Positions 13,362 to 25,919 of a stretch of DNA of 64,000 nt are shown one piece after another. Where the stretch lies: positions 15,500,001-15,564,000 of the forward strand of contig JBHGNT010000017.1 of the NCBI GenBank assembly GCA_043228905.1, read 5' to 3'. Each line of letters starts with the position of its first letter. Position 1 is the first letter of the stretch. Origin of the DNA: Azolla caroliniana. Lineage: Eukaryota; Plantae; Polypodiophyta. Both the position numbers and the translations under genes were made by a program. The notes beneath the pieces are model-generated. The model was given only the letters and a program-made list of their open reading frames with translations. It had not been told where the DNA came from and ran no database searches.

Positions 13362-16300
13362 TTATTGCATAGTGTCTTCAGTACTCCCCCTCAAGCTTGG
13401 CAAGTCAGGGATCGTCAATCTGAGATCGGTCATGAATTGCCATAGCTTGTCGGCTCCTAAGGCTTTAGTGAAGATGTCGGCCGTTTGAAGATTGGTGCTA
13501 ATGTGTTGTAGGTCAACATCGCCAGCCAGAACGTGCTCTCGGATGAAGTGATAGTGCACTTCGATGTGCTTTGTCCGCGCGTGGAACACCGGGTTCCGAG
13601 CCAGATAGATACTGCTCATGTTGTCGCAGTAAAGGGAAGTTGGATCCTTGATGGGTACGCCCAGATCCTTCAAAATCCTCTTGAGCCATACGGCTTCACA
13701 CGCAGCTACGGTTGTGCCCTTGTATTCCTCCTCCGTACTCGAAAGAGCGACGGTGGGCTGCTTCTTGCTACTCCAGGATATTGCTCCGTTGCCGAGGGAG
13801 AAAACAAATCTGGAGGTTGATCTTCTATCAGCTTTGTAGCCGGCCCAATCGACGTCTGTGTACCCCTCGAGTCGTATTGGCATCGCGGTCTTGTAGAGGA
13901 CGCCACAATCCATTGTGCCGCTGACGTAGCGTAGAACTCGCTTAGCGCAATCCAAGTGAGTATCACGCGGTGTTTGCATGAATTTGCTAAGGAGACCGAC
14001 CGGATAACTGAGATCGGGTCATGTGATCGTGAGGTAGATGAGACTCCCGATGAGTTGCCGATACTGAGTCGGCTCACACGCTTTGGTGCCGGAGTTCGCA
14101 TCTAGTTTGAGATTACGATCGAGCGGGGTTGCCATGGATTTGCACTTAGCCATCCCGAACTTGTATAACAATTCGAGGATGTAGTACCGTTGAGAGATGA
14201 TGATTCCGGTCGGAGTCCGAATTACCTCGATGCCGAGGAAGTAGTGGAGCTCCTTCATGTCCGTCATCTCGAACTTGTCGGAAAGGAGGGATTTGACTTT
14301 ATTGATTTCAACGAGATGCTCACCTCCAATGACTAGGTCATCCACATATAAGATGATGACGATCGGACTTGCGGAATCGCTTTGTATGTAGAGGGAGTTG
14401 TCCGATTTTGACATACGGAAGCCGATTTGATGAAGATATTGCGTTATCTTCGAATGCCAAGCACACGGTGCTTGCTTGAGGCCGTAGAGTGGCTTCTTGA
14501 GTCGGCAAACAACTTTCGGATGGGTGCTTGAGTTGAAGCCGAGTGGTTAGATCATGTACACCTCCTCTTCTAATTCGCCTTGTAGAAAGGAGTTCTTGAC
14601 GTCCATTTGATGGAGGTGCCACCCTTTCGCCACGACAATCGCAATTACGGTCTGCACCGTCGTCATCTTTGCCACTGGGGCAAAGGTCTCTTCGTAGTCG
14701 ACGCCATGCGTCTGAGCGTATCCTTTCGCTACGAGTCGAGCTTTGTAGCGGTTTACGGAGTCATCGACGTTATACTTCACCTTGTAGATCCATCTGCATC
14801 CGATCGCCTTTTTGTGTGGTGAGGTGGGAACGAGATCCCACGTCTCGTTCTTCCGTAGTGCCTACATCTCCTCGTTCATTGCTTCGATCCATCGCGAGTC
14901 CCTCGTAGCTTCCGAAAAGGTTTTCGGCTCCCGTGTTGTCGCTACCTTCATCATAAAGGCGTAATGGTACGCCATATAATCATTGTAGCCAAATCGGCTT
15001 ATGGGGTTCTTTTCACGAGTGGATCGGCGGAGCTTTTCATTTGCAAAGATGAGGGCTTTCTTGGCTCCGATTGGTACCTCGAAACCGCTGAACTCACTGT
15101 CGAGTAAGTGAGTCGATTCATCGTCGTCGAAGCGATTGTCTTCATATTCCACCATTTTCGCCTTGCCTTTGTCCATCTTCGGGCTAGGCCGTGATGTGAT
15201 TTGATCGCTCAAAGGCTCTTGTGGTCCGCTTAGTCGGGTCGTGATCGGACTTTCTTCGATCATGCGCGTAGGGCGATCTTCATCCTCGATCTCTTGTTCG
15301 GCAGATTCCGGGTCGAGCGGAGTTGGAGGCGAAGTTGTCTCTGGTGCGTACCAGGATGCGGACTTGTCAAAAACGACGTCTCGACTTACTCGAGATTTTC
15401 AACTTGAGGGGTTGTAGCACTTGTACCCCTTTTGTTTGAGTGAGTATCCTACGAGGATACATTTCCTTGACTTTGGGTCAAGCTTTTGACGCTTCTCGTC
15501 GGGGATGTGCACATACGCGATCGCGCCGAATATCCGGATGTGCGATAAGTCCGGCTTCTCTCCGAAGTATTTTTCGTGCGGAGTGACCTCGTGCACGCCG
15601 GATGTTGTGCACCGGTTCATTAGGTAGACGGCCGTATTTGTAGCTTCGGCCCAATATGACTTGGGCATATGCTTCTCGTTCATCATGGCCCGCGCTACTT
15701 CGAGGATGTGCCGATTTTTGCGCTCGGCTACTCTATTTTGTTGCTGAGTGTGTCGGCAAGTGAATTCTCGTCGAATTCCTTCCTTTAGGAGATACGCCGT
15801 GAAATCGTCCGAGAAGTACTCCTTGCCGCCATCCGATCGAAGGCATCGTACATGTCGGCCCGTGGCTTTCTCGACTTCATTCTTGAAATTTTGAAGTGTC
15901 CGAACACTTCGCTCTTTTGCCGCATCGGGTAGATCCAACTGTACCTAGAGAAGTTGTCGATGGAGAGCACGTAATATCGGCATCCGCCGAATGTAGCCGT
16001 ATGCCCTGGTCCCCATACGTCAGAATGGACTACGTCTAGTAGACCTTTGCTCACGTTCCGCTCTTTCGGGAATGGGTGTCGGTGTTACTTCCCGAATTGG
16101 CGCGCTTCGCATACACCTTCAATCTCCTTCTCTTTGAATGTCGGGAGTCCGATGACGACTCCTTTCGATTTCATTGCTTTGAGTTTGTTGAGATTGATGT
16201 GGCCGATTCGCTTGTGCCATAGGTCTATGTCGGAGTCGGCTTTCGTGTTTTTCGCGAACATGGTAGATTTCATCTCGCATGAATCGAGAATGAACATCCG

Positions 16301-17491
16301 GCCCTCTCTTCGTCCGCGTGCGATGAGTCGGCCCTCTTTTTCGATGAAGCAACCGCCTTGATTAAATCAAACTTGCATCCCTTGCTCTACAATTTGGCTG
16401 ACGGAGACCAAATTCTTCGTAATGGTCGGTACATGCAAGACATTTTTAATGTAATTTTGCTTACCTTCTTTTCCGAACGGAACATTGCCAATGTGCCGAA
16501 TCCGGTGCGTAGTGTCGTCTCCGGTTTCGACATAGCCGTCGGTCCGGCTCTCGATGTTCTCGGAACCATTCTTGATGCGATGTCATATGGTTCGAGGCAT
16601 CGGAATCGACAAACCATACGTCTTCCGGACCGGAGGCACTAGTTGAGGTAGCGGCTGACATAGAGTTTGCTCTATGTTTCATCATGAACATTCTGCCACG
16701 ATCTTCGTAATCGGAGTTGTGCCCGTACATTTCGCCACGGTCGGAGTTGTGTGCATACATTCCGCCATGATCTTCATAGTCGGAGTTGTGTGCGTAATTC
16801 GTGAGTTGTTGGCTTGTGGAAGCCGATTCACACATCTTCTTTCTGCACTCTTCTTCGTGGTGGCCGAGCTTTTCGCAATATCCGCATTCGGTTGCATTTT
16901 GACGGCTCAGGCCGGTGTGGAAGCTCCCCCTTCTTGCGAAGGTTCCTCGTTGGCCTCCGTTTTGCAGCCGAAATTGGGAGTTGTTGTCGTAGGTCGGACC
17001 TCGTCCGCCTTGTCCTTGGCCGAATCGGCCTCTCGCTCGTCCGCGTCCTCTTCCTCCATTAGAGTGCGTGTAGAGCATGTGGCCTTCCGAGTCATTGCTC
17101 CTTGTACGCACGTGGTTTTCTTCGCCCAATAGCATTGATTGGAGCTTGAAGAAGGAGGGAGATTTCTCCCATGCTAGAACGGCGGTTCACATCGCGCCGA
17201 ACCGTGGTGCGAGGCCGCCGAGGCATATTTGCACCATCTCATCATCATCTATACTTACGCTTATTGAGCCGAGCGAGTCGCAAAGCTCCTTGATCTTCAA
17301 GGTGTATGTCGTGATGGACATGTCCCTTTGTTGAATGCTGTTCAAATCTTGGCGGAGTTGAAGCTTCCTCGCGGTCGTGTTGGCAGCGAAAAACTTTGAT
17401 AGATTTTCCCATGCTTCCTTCGGCATCTTGGCTTCTCGAATGTAACCGAGCATGTGGTCGTGAACACATGTCACCAAACAATACATCATGC
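13362..17491 (-). pseudogene. Copia A gag-PR-INT-RT-RNaseH, frameshifted; the gag N-terminus lies at 33149-33339
   Basis: Zn knuckle CGYCEKLGHHEEEC, PR WFVDSDASNHM, INT LRSDGGKEY and [17 protein letters not shown] / QMDVK / LYVDDL, RH ISWSSKKQ / RTKHIEVHYHF. Confidence 0.92.
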
Positions 17492-18399
17492 TGTCATAGT
17501 GTAATTCACACACTACGTGAAAAATTACATTATTGGTTTCTCCGGATAGGATATGGAGTACCCAGTGAGAACCGGAAGGAAGAACCGGTGAGGACCGAAA
17601 CCGGTAAGGAGACCGGCAAGAGCCGGATGAAGAAGGCCGGTGAGAGTCGGTGAGAAACGGACATAGAGGACCGGTAAGAAGGATCCGGTAAGAACCGGAT
17701 AAAGAAAACCGGCGAGAACCGGATGAAGCAGAACTGGCAAGAGCCGGATGAAGAAGGCCGGTGAGAGTCTCTCACCAGATGAAGAGACATATTTGTAAAT
17801 AGAAGAAAGTATAAAATTATATATTACATGCATGGGGCAAGATTCGAACCTTGCACCTCCATGTTAATAATGTTAATCCTTATCATTATACTAGCGTATT
17901 GTGAATTTTAAAGTTATACTAAACTTTATCCCATGTAAAATTTCTAGACATGCATGGTACAGAAAGTTATTCATGCATAGACACTCGAGTTAAAAGAAAA
18001 GATGAGAGAGAAAGCTAATCATGCACATGCAGTGTGCATGAAATCTAAAGATAGGAAAAGCATGATGCTTGCATGTGATAAACTTAGACTCTTCCAACAC
18101 TATATAAGGAAGAGAGAAAGATGTATAGAGGTTGTTGATTATTTTACAAGGATTTTGATCAATCTAATATATTCGTGGGATTCACGTTTTTTTTTCCATC
18201 TACTTCTCTCTTTCATTCTAAGTATCAATTAATACACTATACTCGTGGGATTCACGAGGTTCATATCTTCTTTCAAATATTTCTCTTTCTTGCAATCGAT
18301 TCATAAGGAGCCTTATCTCATATTCTTCTTTCTCCTAGTCTAAAACCTCAGTGGTTCCCACCCGACTCACGCAACGATCCGGAGGCGAAAGGCACGACA
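17492..18399 (+). repeat. 5' LTR of B
   Basis: Near-identical to 29463-30364; only two differences seen. Confidence 0.93.
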
Positions 18400-19513
18400 C
18401 AAGTGGTGAACCCGACGTGAAAACGAGTGGCAAGGAGATGGAAAATCAACCGGAGGCTAACAACATGATGATGATGTTCGAGCGGATGCTTCAAGAACAA
18501 CGTGCGATGTCGGAGATAGCGGCGGCAGTAGAGTGGCTCGTGCAACGGATCGGGCAATTCAACGGGAAGGACGTATCGCGCTATCTTCGGGACTACAAGG
18601 CGGAAATGATACGATGCAGGATTTCGAAAGGACTGCAAGTGACATCCTTCAACCGGGTAGCTACTGACGGGCTTCAAGCAAGTATCCATGTGCTACGACA
18701 ACAAAATCCGACGTGGGAAGCATTTGAAGAGGCGCTAAAGACCACGTTCGCTATCGAGGACTCCTCCAAGGCAACGCGGATAGGATTCCAGGATTGGGTA
18801 GAAACACCGGACAAGGGGATGAAGGTCCTCGATGTGTTTTCGGCATTTGAAAGTCGGTTCGGGAGGTTGTCTATGAGAGATCAAGCTATCCTCGCACCGG
18901 ACAAAGTTATCATGTTCTTACGAGCCGTAGATGTCCGGGACCGGAAGGATCTTGGAGTGCTTCTAGAGGACATGACTACCGAGAGTGGCCTCACCGAAAC
19001 ATGGGAAAGCGTGCGGGATATCGTCGCGCGATACACAAAGAGGGGGCAATGGCTTGCCAACGAAGAAAAGAGGGTTTCAGAACCGATTCTGAAACCGAGA
19101 TCCGGATCGGAAGACTATCAACCACGGGCTCGGGAAGCTACGACTGAGAAGGGAATAGATGCAACTACGGTGGAGCAGTTGCTGAAGGAGATGGAGAATC
19201 TAAAAATCGCGATGGTGAAGAAGTCAGATGACCGTCCCACAAGTTCCAAGTATATGGACCGTCGAATTATATGGTGCGATAGCACCGAACATGATCGGAG
19301 GGATTGCGACGAGCACAAGGAAGCGCTACGACAGGATCTTATCTACTACGAGGGAAATCAGATTCATTCGATGGACTCTCGGAAGCCTCTCCGACCGAAC
19401 TTCCGAAAAGGCGGCATGAAGAAGGTCCTAGAGGAGGAAATAGCGGCGAAGAACAATTATGCGACAACCGCGGGAATACGTGTCGGGGAGTCATCGGGAG
19501 CAAAGGTGTCTTT

Positions 19514-22500
19514 TGTTGAACAACAGTGCTCGGCCACAACCGAGGAACAGGATCGATTCACAGAAAACGGGAAATACACGAAATGCACGAAGACAATAGA
19601 GAGAAGAGTACACAGGATGTTTTACGTGGAAAACCCTAAATGGGAAAAACCACGGGAGTCCTCAAACTCCAACTATCACTATACACAGAGATGTACAATG
19701 GTGAAGCTACAAGGCAACAACCTTGAGTTCACTGCCTTCGCCACAGGCGGCGGTATTACACAGAGGCGTCGACCTCTTCCTTCCTCTCTCTCTCTCTCTC
19801 TCTCTCGGCTGCTCTCACTTTGCTCTCTCTCGGCTGAAAACATAAAAATGAGCAACAACTACAAACTGTTTGCCCTAAGTCATATTTATACACATATGAC
19901 TTTCGGGCTATTTACAAATATAGCCTCAAGGGCCCTTGGCAAACATATTCACAAATATGTCCCCCGCATCCGGATCTCTCTCCGGGTACATTCGTCATCC
20001 GGCTCCGTAACCGGGGTCTTCATCATCCGGATCCGTATCCGGGTACTCTTCATCCGGCTTCATGCCGGGTACTCTTCATCATCCGGTTCCGTAACCGCAA
20101 CCGGGCTTGCCGTCATTCATCTCCGGACATCCCATCCGGAGGGACCGAAATCCCAACAAACTCCCCCTTCACTTCGGCATGGGATGTTTCTCCAATCCGA
20201 CCCTCTTCCGGCATGCTTCCAGCTTGTCGGGTGTGAGCACCTTGGTCAGCATATCCGACCCGTTCTCGTCCGTGTGGATCTTCGTCAGCACGAACTCCTT
20301 GTCTTCTATCCTTTCCCAGATCCAGTGATATCTTCGCTGGATGTGCTTCGTCCGGGAGTGATAGGCCGCGTTCTTCGCAAGGTGGATGGCACTCTGACTG
20401 TCGCAGTAGAGTCGGTACTCCTCTTGCCGGATACCGAGCTCTCTAATGAAGTCCTATTATTTCCTTGCCGGCTTCAACAGCCGCCATGTACTCCGCCTCC
20501 GTGGTTGACAACGCAACCGTCTTCTGCAGCCTCGACTGCCACGAAACAACTCCCCCTGCATACGTCATCACATACCCTGATGTGGACCGGCTGGTATCTG
20601 CATCAGCCGACATATCCGAATCAGTAAAGCCGTCGAATTCGGGCTTACCGGAGCCGAATCGGAGGCACACGTTTGCCGTGCCCTTCAGGTATCGGAGTAT
20701 CCACTTGACCGCGTTCCAGTGCTCTTTGCCGGGATTGCTCATGTATCGGCTCACCACTCCAACTGCATATCCTATGTCCGGTCTTGTACACACCATTGCG
20801 TACATCAAGCTTCCAACGGCAGAGGCATATGGTACTTTCATCATGTCCTCCTTCTCAGCCTTTGTCTTGGGGCTTTGCTTGCTGGACAACTTGCAGTTTG
20901 CCGGGAGGGTTGACCCGACCGGTCTTGCTTCCGACATGTTGAACCGGTGAAGCACCTTTGTCACGTACTTCTCCTGTGACAGCCACAACTGCTTCTTCTT
21001 CCGGTCCCGGATGATGTGCATCCCTAGTATTTGCCTCGCCGGACCCAGGTCCTTCATTGAGAAGGTTTGGTGAAGCGCTTTCTTCAGCGTCCGTATCTTG
21101 ACCTGGTCCCGTCCGACGATCAACATGTCGTCCACGTATAGGAGGAGTATTAGAGAGTCTCCTCCTTCGAACTTCTTCACAAACACGCAGTGATCGGACT
21201 GCGTTTTGTGGTACCCTTCGTCGGTCATGAAGGAGTCGAACTTCCGGTACCATTGCCGGGGAGCCTGCTTCAGTCCGTACAGGCTCTTCTTCAACCGGCA
21301 TACCAGGTGCTCCTTCCCTTTCTTCTCGAATCCTTCCGGTTGCTGCATGTAGATCTCTTCTTCGAGGTCACCGTGAAGGAATGCCGTCTTCACGTCCATC
21401 TGTTCTACCTCGAGGTCCATGCTTGCCGCTATGCTGAGCACCGTCCGGATAGAGGTCATCTTCACTACCGGGGCAAATATCTCGTCGAAATCGACGCCCT
21501 TCTTCTGCTGGAACCCCTTCACCACGATCCTGGCTTTGTATCTCCCGGTTTCAGCTTGAACACCCACTTGTTCCGAAGTGCCCGCTTTCCTTTCGGCAAC
21601 TCCACAAGTTCATATGTGTGGTTCTCATGCAGGGAATCCATCTCGTCCTGCATGGCACTTAACCACCTGCGGCTATGGGTGTCAAGCTTTGCTTCTTCAA
21701 AGCTCTCCGGCTCCCCCTCGTCGGTTAGCAGCACGTGCTCTGGTTCCGGAAATCTCCGGGGGGCCCTTCTCTCTCTTAGAGGATATCTCCGTTCCGGAGC
21801 TTCGGTAACCGGCTCCTCCGTTTCCTCTTCATCCGAATCCATTTCGGGATCGGGGCTGGTTCCGGTATTAGTTTCATCTTCCTCGGCCGGTTCTGTTTCT
21901 TCACCGTCTTCGGCCGGATCCTCGAGTGCTAACCGGTCCCTTGCCGGTCGGGACTGCTCCTCGTAGAGTTGATCCTCACCGGTCGACTTGGAGCTCTTCA
22001 TCTTCTTCTCCGACTCCCAGTCGGCGAGTGTCTTGTTCTCCATGAAGATGATATCTCGACTCCTGAATATCTTCTTGTCGACCGGGTCCCATACTCGGTA
22101 GCCGAACTCGTCGTCGCCGTAACCGAGGAATATGCATGGCCGGGTCTTTGGATCTAACTTTCCTCTCCGGTCCTTTGCCACATGCACATATGCGAGACAC
22201 CCGAACACCTTCAGATGCCGGTAGGATACTTCCCTACCGGTCCACACTCTCTGCGGTGTGTCTCCGTCCAAAGGTACTGAGGGTGATCTGTTTATCACGT
22301 ATGTCACCGTCGACATTGCCTCAGCCCAAAACCCCTTTGGTAATTTCGCATGCGCCAACATACTCCGGACCCTCTCCATTATGGTCCGGTTCATCCTCTC
22401 GGCCAGCCCGTTCAGTTCCGGCGTCTTCGGCACGGTAAACTCAAGCCGGATTCCCTTCGAGCGACAGTACTCCGTGAACTGCCCCTGGTATTCCCCTCAG

Positions 22501-24893
22501 TTATCCGCTCGTATCGCTTTCAGCTTCTTGCCGGATTCCCTTTCCACTCTCACGTGGAGTTCTTTGAAGACGGACAATACTTGGTCCTTTGTCTTCAACG
22601 GTGCCGTCCACAACTTCCGGCTATGGTCATCTATGAATGTTACGAAGTATTGGGCTCCGCCATGTGACTTCGTTTCTACCTGACACACATCAGTGTGCAC
22701 CAACTCCAATGGTACACTACGTCTCGTCGGTGGCCTTGAGTGGAAGGAGGTTCGGTTCTGCTTACCGGCCAGGCAATCGGTGCACTTCTCCAGGTGCACA
22801 TGCTTCACTGGAATAAGGTTGTCTTCTGCAAGCCTCTTCATCCCCTTCTCACTCATGTGGCACAATCTCTTGTGCCACAGCTCACCGGCAGTGTCAGCTG
22901 CCACGTTCAGCTCCTCCGGACATAGCCGGGAATTCATCAGGTACAGTGTGTTGACCTTCCGGGCCCGAGCCACTATCAGGCTCCCCTTGCTGAACTTCAT
23001 GACACCGTTCCGGATGCTACCCGTGTAGCCTTCATCATCTAGCCTCCCGGCCGAGATCAGGTTCAATCGGACCTCCGGAACGTGTCGCACATCCTTCAGC
23101 AGCATCTTGCATCCGGTTGATGTCATCAGCCACACGTCTCCTATGCCGGCAATCCGGCATGTGCCTTCATTTCCCATCCGGACACAGCCATGCTCACCGG
23201 CTGTGTAGGATGAGAAGTATTTCTTTTCCGGTGTCAGGTGGAACGACGCTCCGGAATCGACCACCCAGGTCATCTCTACACCGGCAAGGTTCAGCTCCCT
23301 CTCTTCGGTAATGAGCATTATCTCTTCTTCACTTGCCGCGAGTGCCGTCGTTCCTTTCCGGTCCTGCCCTCGCCGATCCGGACCTCTCCGGTCCGTGGCT
23401 CCTCGGTATGCACCGTTTCTCTCCGGTGACTTCTTCGAATCGGTGTCGTCGGCTCCGTTGTCCTTTCGGTAATGCCGACAATTCTTCCGGAAGTGCCCCG
23501 GCTTCCCACAGTGGAAGCATGTGGGTCTTCCTCTTGACTGCGACCGGGTCCCCGACTTCTCCCGTCTTTGCGGACTCCGGTTCCATTGTCTTCCCCGTTC
23601 CGATTCGGTAAGCAGCGCCTTCGAGTCGGAGGCCGGTTCTTTATCTCTCCGACGCGCTTCTTCGTTCAAAATGCTTGTCTTTACCGTTTGTAGAGACAAG
23701 TTATCTTCGGTGCAGGAGGTGCTGAGAGTCACCACCAAGTTCTCCCAGCTTTCCGGCAATGTACACATCAGAATGATGGCTTGCATTGCATCCTCCAACG
23801 GGAACTTGATCGCCGCAAGCTGGTTCACGAATCCCATGAACGTGCTTACGTGTTCCACCATGCTCTCGCCGTCCCGGTACTTGAGGTTCACTATCTTTCT
23901 CATCAGGGAGGTCCGGTTCAACGCATTCTTCCTCTCGTAGAGGCCCGACAGCTTCCGCCACATCTCATATGCGTTGGTGTCGTTCGCCACGTGTTGTAGA
24001 ACGCTCACGTCGACGTATTGCCGAATGGTTGCAACGGCTTTCCGGTTCAGAAGCCTCCATTCCGTCTCAAGTACCCCCTTGGGTATTTCCGACCTGTCGA
24101 TCGGTTCATACAGGTCCCGAACAATGAGCAGATCCTCCATCTTTATCTTCCAGTCGGCGTAGTTCTGCGCATTCAGCACCATCATCCCCGGCTGCCCGCT
24201 GCTGCCGCCTTCCATTTTCTGTGTTACCGTCGCTCTGATACCACTTTGTTGAACAACAGTGCTCGGCCACAACCGAGGAACAGGATCGATTCATAGAAAA
24301 CGGGAAATACACGAAATGCACGAAGACAATAGAGAGAAGAGTACACAGGATGTTTTACGTGGAAAACCCTAAATGGGAAAAACCACGGGAGTCCTCAAAC
24401 TCCAACTATCACTATACACAGAGATGTACAATGGTGAAGCTACAAGGCAACAACCTTGAGCTCACTGCCTTCGCCATAGGCGGCGGTATTACACAGAGGC
24501 GTCGACCTCTTCCTTCCTCTCTCTCTCTCTCTCTCTCTCTCGGCTGCTCTCACTTTGCTCTCTCTCGGCTGAAAACATAAAAATGAGCAACAACTACAAA
24601 CTGTTTGCCCTAAGTCATATTTATACACATATGACTTTCGGGCTATTTACAAATATAGCCTCAAGGGCCCTTGGCAAACATATTCACAAATATGTCCCCC
24701 GCATCCGGATCTCTCTCCGGGTACATTCGTCATCCGGCTCCGTAACCGGGGTCTTCATCATCCGGATCCGTATCCGGGTACTCTTCATCCGGCTTCATGC
24801 CGGGTACTCTTCATCATCCGGTTCCGTAACCGCAACCGGGCTTGCCGTCATTCATCTCCGGACATCCCATCCGGAGGGACCGAAATCCCAACA
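19514..24893 (-). mobile_element. Young Ty1/copia element E (Tnt1/Tork-like) inserted in B gag
   Basis: LTRs 19514-20158 and 24247-24893 (about 3 substitutions plus a CT-repeat length change); TSD TCTTT; iMet PBS 24232-24243; PPT AAGGGGGAG. Confidence 0.96.
20169..24215 (-). pseudogene. Copia E polyprotein (gag-PR-INT-RT-RH) with one stop and about two frameshifts
   Basis: CFHCGKPGHFRKNC, WVVDSGASFH, GGAQYFVTFIDDHSRK, QMDVKTAFLHG, LYVDDMLI, VSWQSRLQ. Confidence 0.93.
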
Positions 24894-25855
24894 TCTTTTT
24901 GGCCGGAAGTGCTAGAAAACACCGAGAAAACCGACTCTAATGAGATCCGAAGCACCGCGGAAGGCATCCGGGAAGCTACGGGATGGGAGTGCCTCGTCGA
25001 TAAGAATAGTGTGTTTGCTTTATGGCAATTGCATGAAGTGTATGTAGATGAGAAGCGACGGCGCACGGATGAGGCGGCCGGTCCATCAAAGACACCGGAA
25101 AGCTGGAACTCCGGAGGTAAGGGAAAAGAAAAGATGATTCTGGCATTCAAGCTCGCCTCGGACATCGAACAACAAACGAACTTGAAAAAGGTGTTCAAGG
25201 AGAGAATCCTCGATAGCCGGGTAGATTTTTCGCTTCGAGAATTACTTGGAATAGCGAAGAAGGAGTTCCACGATCTTCTTGTGGATCTCGTGAAGAGAAA
25301 AAGGCAAAGTATGGAGGAGAACGCTCCAAGGGTGAATGCAAATACCGTTCTAATGAATGACACCGAATTGGAGGACGAAATACCGAATTCTCACCACACA
25401 AAGCCACACTGGGCACGCGCAACTACGGAGACTCCGGTTCGAATTGGTAACATCAAAGAACCCGTGCTAGCATTGATTGATCACGGATCGGAGATGAACT
25501 TGATGTCCAAGGAATTCTACCGGAAGGGTAAGTGGCCTATTAACATGAATCATGGACGGAAGATCCGGGCGGCCACTAAAGCAACGGAAGGTCTATTTGC
25601 GGCTTGTCCGGATGTGACGGTGAAGATTGGGGATGTTGAGATCGACCAAAATTTCTTCATACAAGACGAGGTCTCACACTCCGTGATCCTCGGGCAACCT
25701 TTTATCACGGCATCACGGATGGAGACGAAGGTGCTCGATAGCGGTGCGGCTTTTGCGCGAATTCGGAGCCAAAACGGAGGGAAATCCGTCCAATTCCTAA
25801 CGGTACCAGCAAATCATGAAAGGAAGAAGAGAGAGCTCTTGTCCCAAACAAGAAT

Positions 25856-25919
25856 GGATTTTTAGAGTGGACTGTTGCGGAGTGGGGAAGTGATAGTCCG
25901 AGAAGCCCTGATACCCCAC
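25856..25919 (+). promoter_or_regulatory. Predicted -1 ribosomal frameshift signal of B
   Basis: GGATTTT-TAG, 6-nt spacer, stem GGACTGTTGC/GTGATAGTCC; loop GTGGGG pairs with CCCCAC. Confidence 0.65.

Larger units (their letters stand above)
18438..25865 (+). pseudogene. B gag-protease ORF, split by copia E (19514-24893)
   Basis: Gag IGQFNGKDVSRYLRDY, degenerate knuckle WCDSTEHDRRDC; protease ALIDHGSEMNLMS ... VILGQPF; ends ATG GAT TTT TAG. Confidence 0.88.

Noticed and set aside
17560-17770. CRISPR-like repeat array
   Set aside because: These are irregular degenerate CCGG repeats in an LTR U3, without unique spacers, in a eukaryotic context.
17830-17900. Functional tRNA gene
   Set aside because: No proper acceptor or anticodon stems and it lies inside LTRs; reported only as a tRNA-like promoter module.
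18351-18370. GTGGTTCCCACCCG as the PBS of element B
   Set aside because: It is present in both LTR copies; the LTR really ends at ACGACA (18399) and the Trp PBS follows.
18351-20627. 758-aa ORF, the longest in the window
   Set aside because: It is a chance read-through from B gag into the antisense LTR and RNase H of the inserted copia E, not a real protein.
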